From an uncultured Candidatus Saccharibacteria bacterium (GTDB taxonomy: Bacteria > Patescibacteriota > Minisyncoccia > Phycocordibacterales > UBA5272): DNA of 64,000 nucleotides. The first letter of the stretch is position 1, and every line of letters starts with the position of its first letter. The translations under genes and the position numbers were made by a program. Shown here one piece after another: positions 60,045 to 64,000 of the stretch. The stretch is from the NCBI GenBank assembly GCA_964512315.1, contig CAZEIK010000003.1, positions 22,548 to 86,547 on the forward strand, in the 5' to 3' direction. The notes below the pieces were generated by a model. It had not been told where the DNA came from. It saw only the letters and a program-made list of their open reading frames with translations, and searched no databases.

Positions 60045-60698
60045 TTATTTGGCAAGCTCGGCGTCTAGGTACTTAGAGAAGTTCTCAACCGAAGCGATAT
60101 CCGCTAGATTAGTAATTCTTGTGCCATTAATAATGAATGACGGTGTTCCTTGTAGACCAATAGAAGCAGCCTCTTTCATGTCGCGCTCAACTCTAGCCTT
60201 CACACTAGCGTCAGCCATGTCGGTCTTCATTTTATTAGTATCTATTCCAAGAGCTGCAGCATAGCCAAGTATTTTGACTTCTGCATCTAATGCATTAGCC
60301 CATTCTTCTTGTTTCTCAAACATAACTTTTTTAAGCTCCCAGAATTTATTCTGACGCCCAGCCGCCTCAGCAGCAATAGCTGAAAGCATAGCATTTTGAT
60401 GTATTTGAGTTAATGGGAAATATCTATAGATAAATTTAACTCTGTCAGAATACTTAGCCTCAACAGCAGTTACTATTGGCTCAAATGCTTTACAAGAAGG
60501 ACATTGAAAATCAGCATACTCAACAACTGTAACCTTAGCATCACTTGGACCAACATAATGGTCATCAGCCTGAGTCACAACGTTAACTGGTGCTTCTAAT
60601 TTTTTAACTTGAGAGTATTTGTTATAAGCAAAGAAAGCTATCAAAGCGAGTACTACTGCGATGATAATATTTCTAGTTGAGAATATTTTAGTTTGCAT
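60045..60698 (-). CDS. DsbA family thioredoxin-fold protein
   Basis: VEYADFQCPSC, YRYFPL..IH, AAGRQNKFW, GTPSFIING. Confidence 0.92.
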   Translation of the reverse strand: MQTKIFSTRNIIIAVVLALIAFFAYNKYSQVKKLEAPVNVVTQADDHYVGPSDAKVTVVEYADFQCPSCKAFEPIVTAVEAKYSDRVKFIYRYFPLTQIHQNAMLSAIAAEAAGRQNKFWELKKVMFEKQEEWANALDAEVKILGYAAALGIDTNKMKTDMADASVKARVERDMKEAASIGLQGTPSFIINGTRITNLADIASVENFSKYLDAELAK

Positions 60699-60711
60699 GC
60701 TACTAATTATA

Positions 60712-62097
60712 TCACAATAATTTGGGGCACAAATTCTTATTTATATAAGCTTTTACATCGAACTTCTTCTCGCAACCACTGCGAGCCATATATCTAATAT
60801 TCCCAAATACAGGCCTCGGGAACCAGGCTCTGTCATGCAGTCCTCCTATACTCCACAGTACTCCAACATACGCATTGGGGCATCTTCCGTCCAACTCATA
60901 TACATTGTTAAGATATATTGCTATCTTTATCGCCTCTTCTGGACTCTCACTCCACTCCAAGATTTTCTTTGCCCAATACATTCTCATGTAACCATGCATC
61001 TTGCCTGTCGTGACCATTTCTAATTGCGCAGCATTCCACAAGTCATCATGGGTCTTAGCCTCTTCGAACTCTTTTAATGTGTAAATATATTCGCGCTTAT
61101 CTGTCCTTGCTTTATTGAGTGTCTCTTGTGCCCATTTGGCCAAGCCCTCGAACTTATCATAATTAGAATTGTAATAACAATAATTCTCTGACAATTCAGC
61201 ACGCACAATCAACTCTTCTAGGTAAGCATCATTTATCGCGTCTGCAATTTTCCTTTTTCTCTTTTTCAAATACTCCAAGACTATTCTCTGTCTGCTGATC
61301 TGGCCGAACATTATGTATGGCGACATATTGCTCTGCCCATCGATCGCCGCATCATTGCGTGCTTCGTCATAATTTACAACTTTGTTATCTAAAAAACTTT
61401 CAAGTTGCTTTGTAGCTGCATCTTCGCCAGATTTCCACTCAACAGAAAAAGTGTTTATTTTCTTAATACCTTTAACGTCACGCTTAATAATGTCCCAATT
61501 AGTATTCTTAATGCACTCCTCAACAAAATGCTTATTATTACTTTTATTTGTTTCGATTTCTGGAAAATCGGTCAGGAACTCTCCTATTTGCTTATGTATT
61601 TTAGGACGTATTGTTCTGGCTGCGAATTCTTGCTTATCGGATGTGATCCAGACCGGGATAATATTATACGCATCCACCTTGTGCGCAGCGATATTATTTT
61701 CTTTAAAGAATTGAGCCTCCCACAAGTTAGAGTCACGTATCGGCGTCATATCTAGGACCAATATCCTAGCCTTCACTTCTTTGCACAAGTCAGCCAGTGA
61801 CTTCGCAGTATCCTTGGTGTGCAGCACTATCATCGGTATATTTAACTTCACCAAGTCACGCTGAACCTGTTTCAATCCATCGAACATAAAGTCATAACTT
61901 CTCTGCGCCCCATCACAATACTCATCATATACACTAAAAACTACATACAACTCTGAGTTACTTTTTTCTGCTAATTGTGAAGCGTATATAAGAGCCCAAT
62001 TATCTCGTACCCTCTGGTCGCGCGACATGTGATACAACACTGCTCCACCTTTATAACCAGCATCGTTCAAAGCCCTAACCCTCCTCATATCAAACAT
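60712..62097 (-). CDS. Class II CPD photolyase
   Basis: MSRDQRVRDNWAL, SDKQEFAARTIRPKI, THDDLWNAAQ, KMHGYMRMYWAKKILEW, GLHDRAW. Confidence 0.93.
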   Translation of the reverse strand: MFDMRRVRALNDAGYKGGAVLYHMSRDQRVRDNWALIYASQLAEKSNSELYVVFSVYDEYCDGAQRSYDFMFDGLKQVQRDLVKLNIPMIVLHTKDTAKSLADLCKEVKARILVLDMTPIRDSNLWEAQFFKENNIAAHKVDAYNIIPVWITSDKQEFAARTIRPKIHKQIGEFLTDFPEIETNKSNNKHFVEECIKNTNWDIIKRDVKGIKKINTFSVEWKSGEDAATKQLESFLDNKVVNYDEARNDAAIDGQSNMSPYIMFGQISRQRIVLEYLKKRKRKIADAINDAYLEELIVRAELSENYCYYNSNYDKFEGLAKWAQETLNKARTDKREYIYTLKEFEEAKTHDDLWNAAQLEMVTTGKMHGYMRMYWAKKILEWSESPEEAIKIAIYLNNVYELDGRCPNAYVGVLWSIGGLHDRAWFPRPVFGNIRYMARSGCEKKFDVKAYINKNLCPKLL

Positions 62098-62144
62098 ATT
62101 TAGATTGTAGCATTAAAAATTGCTAATATAACTAGTTTAAATAT

Positions 62145-62173
62145 TTGACACCTATAAAAGTAAGTTGTATAGT
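62145..62173 (+). promoter_or_regulatory. sigma70 promoter for orphan 62234..62956
   Basis: TTGACA-17 bp-TATAGT, then 5' hairpin TTTTGAG-TTCG-CTCAAAA and GAGGAG SD. Confidence 0.7.
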
Positions 62174-62233
62174 GATATTTAAATTTTGAGTTCGCTCAAA
62201 ACAGATCTTTCAACCACCCGAGGAGATACGTTA

Positions 62234-62956
62234 ATGTCACAAGTATTTCAAGCTACGAGTCCGACGCACAACACCAACCCAAAAGACCTGCTAAATGCAG
62301 AGATCGGGGAAACTTTCAAGATTGCCTTAAGGAAAAAAGAAGGTAATCGCAACTATTCGGGTTACATCATGCTCGAAGTCATACTCGTGGACGGTAGTCC
62401 TGCCGTAAAGGTTACCGACTCCACTTTCGAGCCAATTCAACTTCAAGACTACCATCGGCTACATTTATGGATAAGCCACCTGAAATTTAAAAAGTTCCAT
62501 CACGCAAGAGGCCAAAAAGGTCAGCTACTCTCTGAACTTTTCAATGCCCTACTTTGGGCCACATCGAGCGACTACATACCTCCACAAACTCCCAAAAACA
62601 GGGAACCACATCTCAGGCTCGTGGTTCCTCAACCGAGACCAGCTGCTATACAGCTGGGAGAAGAGAAGGTTGTACCAATTACTGAAGACTTCGTCTTTGG
62701 GAAACTCAAGCCCAATCAATTCATCCTTGGTAGTGGCAAAGTCGCAGGCCGCAACTACGTTCTCTTGCGGAAGCATAATGATGGCTACGGGGTCATGATG
62801 ACACTCGTCAGAACAGACATCGAATGTCTTGCCGGACTTATCAACACAAAAGACGGCGAGGTCAGCATGTCCGACATACGCAACAACAAAGGCCAATTTG
62901 GTGGCTGGCTTTATGACATGCTCCCGCTTATTGGCAAATTCAAATGGAGAACATAA
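62234..62956 (+). CDS. Orphan hypothetical protein (240 aa)
   Basis: ATG at 62234 after GAGGAG; own promoter and terminator. Confidence 0.75.
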   Translation: MSQVFQATSPTHNTNPKDLLNAEIGETFKIALRKKEGNRNYSGYIMLEVILVDGSPAVKVTDSTFEPIQLQDYHRLHLWISHLKFKKFHHARGQKGQLLSELFNALLWATSSDYIPPQTPKNREPHLRLVVPQPRPAAIQLGEEKVVPITEDFVFGKLKPNQFILGSGKVAGRNYVLLRKHNDGYGVMMTLVRTDIECLAGLINTKDGEVSMSDIRNNKGQFGGWLYDMLPLIGKFKWRT

Positions 62957-62976
62957 GGAAAGGAGGATCCCAAACC

Positions 62977-63002
62977 AAAAAGCCGCTCTCGCGGCTTTTT
63001 TT
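62977..63002. terminator. Bidirectional terminator between orphan and tRNA-Leu
   Basis: AAAAAGCCGC-TCTC-GCGGCTTTTTTT. Confidence 0.8.
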
Positions 63003-63008
63003 ATTTTG

Positions 63009-63090
63009 TGCCCAGGAAAGGACTTGAACCTTCATGCCTCGCGGCACTTGCTCCTAAGGCAAGCGTGTCTACCAATTTCACCACCTGGGC
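63009..63090 (-). tRNA. tRNA-Leu(TAG)
   Basis: GCCCAGG/CCTGGGC acceptor stem, CTTGC-CTTAGGA-GCAAG anticodon arm, long variable arm, GGTTCAAGTCC. Confidence 0.96.
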
Positions 63091-63135
63091 AGGTGTGTAA
63101 TGTAAACATTCTAACATAAAAACAAAAAACTTCTA

Positions 63136-63264
63136 GTGCCCCCAGTAGGATTCGGTCACAAAACATATTCCGCTAACGCTTCATTGTTTCGCGACCCCGT
63201 ATTCGGATCCTAACAAAAAGATATTTCGATATCTTTTTTCTGTGTTCACAATTTTTACAAAATT
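63136..63264 (-). mobile_element. 129-bp hairpin element at tRNA-Lys 3' end with 19-bp att-like duplication
   Basis: GTGCCCCCAGTAGGATTCG at 63136-63154 is identical to 63265-63283 (tRNA 3' end); internal stems. Confidence 0.55.
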
Positions 63265-63265
63265 G

Positions 63266-63338
63266 TGCCCCCAGTAGGATTCGAACCTACGACCGTCTCC
63301 TTAAGAGGGAGCTGCTCTACCAACTGAGCTATGAAGGC
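63266..63338 (-). tRNA. tRNA-Lys(CTT)
   Basis: GCCTTCATAGCTCAGTTGGTAGAGCAGCTCC-CTCTTAA-GGAGACGGTCGTAGGTTCGAATCCTACTGGGGGCA. Confidence 0.95.
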
Positions 63339-63414
63339 AATTAAAAAATATATTAACACACAAAATACTTTTTGAAAATACGCAAAACAAAAGGCCGGAT
63401 TTTTAGTCCGGCCC

Positions 63415-63861
63415 TCACGTCGACATCTCACTCTCTTTGCACAACTCCAGTAACTTAATTGCCGGGCGAATACTGATGTAAAGCACACCCTCTTTTGGTT
63501 GATGGCAAAGACAATGGTGGGTTAACTCGAGGAACTTCTCTGCCACGAGTCCCAGAACCGCTTGAGTGAAGAATTTGCGAAAGTTAGGATCCGATGACCC
63601 CTCGTAATGCTGCGAGAAAACTTCGAACAGATTCTGGGAGCAAATGTACCTACCATGAAAGTCGACTTCTACAAATAAGCGAATCAAGCAAGCCTGTATC
63701 TCTTGTACCTCACTAGCTCGATGATCGTCATAAGCCCGGACCTCTTCCTTTAGCTTGTCATGTAGATCAGTAACCGCCCAATTCAAGAAAAGCAGAAAGA
63801 GGAGACAGGGTGTAGTAGTCTCTAGATCAAAAAACTCTAGCACCTCTAAGACCTCCAGCAT
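63415..63861 (-). CDS. Orphan hypothetical protein (148 aa)
   Basis: GGGAGG SD before ATG 63861; terminator GGCCGGA..TCCGGCCTTTT downstream. Confidence 0.65.
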   Translation of the reverse strand: MLEVLEVLEFFDLETTTPCLLFLLFLNWAVTDLHDKLKEEVRAYDDHRASEVQEIQACLIRLFVEVDFHGRYICSQNLFEVFSQHYEGSSDPNFRKFFTQAVLGLVAEKFLELTHHCLCHQPKEGVLYISIRPAIKLLELCKESEMST

Positions 63862-63875
63862 AATCTGGCCTCCCT

Positions 63876-64000
63876 TCAAGAAAAAATAGTTGAACTAATG
63901 GCGCTCAACAACGAGCCCACCGCTTTCTCAAGCTCGAGAATGAGGCCGATAATTGGATATGCGGCCTCGATACGCAGACACACCAGAACCGTGGCGCACA
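63876..64000 (-). CDS. 3' end of a hypothetical protein entering from beyond the window
   Basis: Open frame CATVLVCLRIEAAYPIIGLILELEKAVGSLLSAISSTIFS* ending just before the SD of the next gene. Confidence 0.4.
   Translation of the reverse strand, partial: CATVLVCLRIEAAYPIIGLILELEKAVGSLLSAISSTIFS

Noticed and set aside
63255-63488. - strand 77-aa ORF
   Set aside because: Runs through a terminator and tRNA-Lys

Overview
This looks like a core-genome stretch of a small, AT-rich bacterium, most likely Patescibacteria/CPR (Parcubacteria-like). That call is an inference from shortened housekeeping proteins (AspS without GAD domain, AlaS without C-Ala, short DnaX and AtpH), dense near-leaderless genes and lineage-typical hypotheticals; translation table 11 fits. 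Most genes are on the - strand: a Suf Fe-S cluster with Fur and mnmA, five aminoacyl-tRNA synthetases, grpE-dnaK-dnaJ, the infA-rpmJ-rpsM-rpsK-rpsD-rpoA-rplQ-rplM-rpsI block, rpsP-khpA-trmD, rnr, dnaX, dus, an F-type ATP synthase cluster (atpB displaced to the window start), ychF and a class II photolyase. There are four tRNAs (Thr-GGT, Gln-TTG, Leu-TAG, Lys-CTT). I see no integrase, transposase, prophage or CRISPR array. The most unusual signals are: (1) several GC-richer orphan genes with Shine-Dalgarno sites and usually their own sigma70 promoter and terminator, dropped singly between core genes and even inside the suf cluster; (2) two promoter-to-terminator small RNA candidates sharing a TGCGG-N9-YCGCA hairpin and an ACACAC..CC tail; (3) a 129-bp hairpin element integrated at the tRNA-Lys T-loop with a 19-bp duplication; (4) a synonymous-recoded duplicate of the ychF 3' end flanking a GNAT gene; (5) long palindromes that merge terminators with extended -10 promoters. 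All calls come from reading the sequence; no searches were run.
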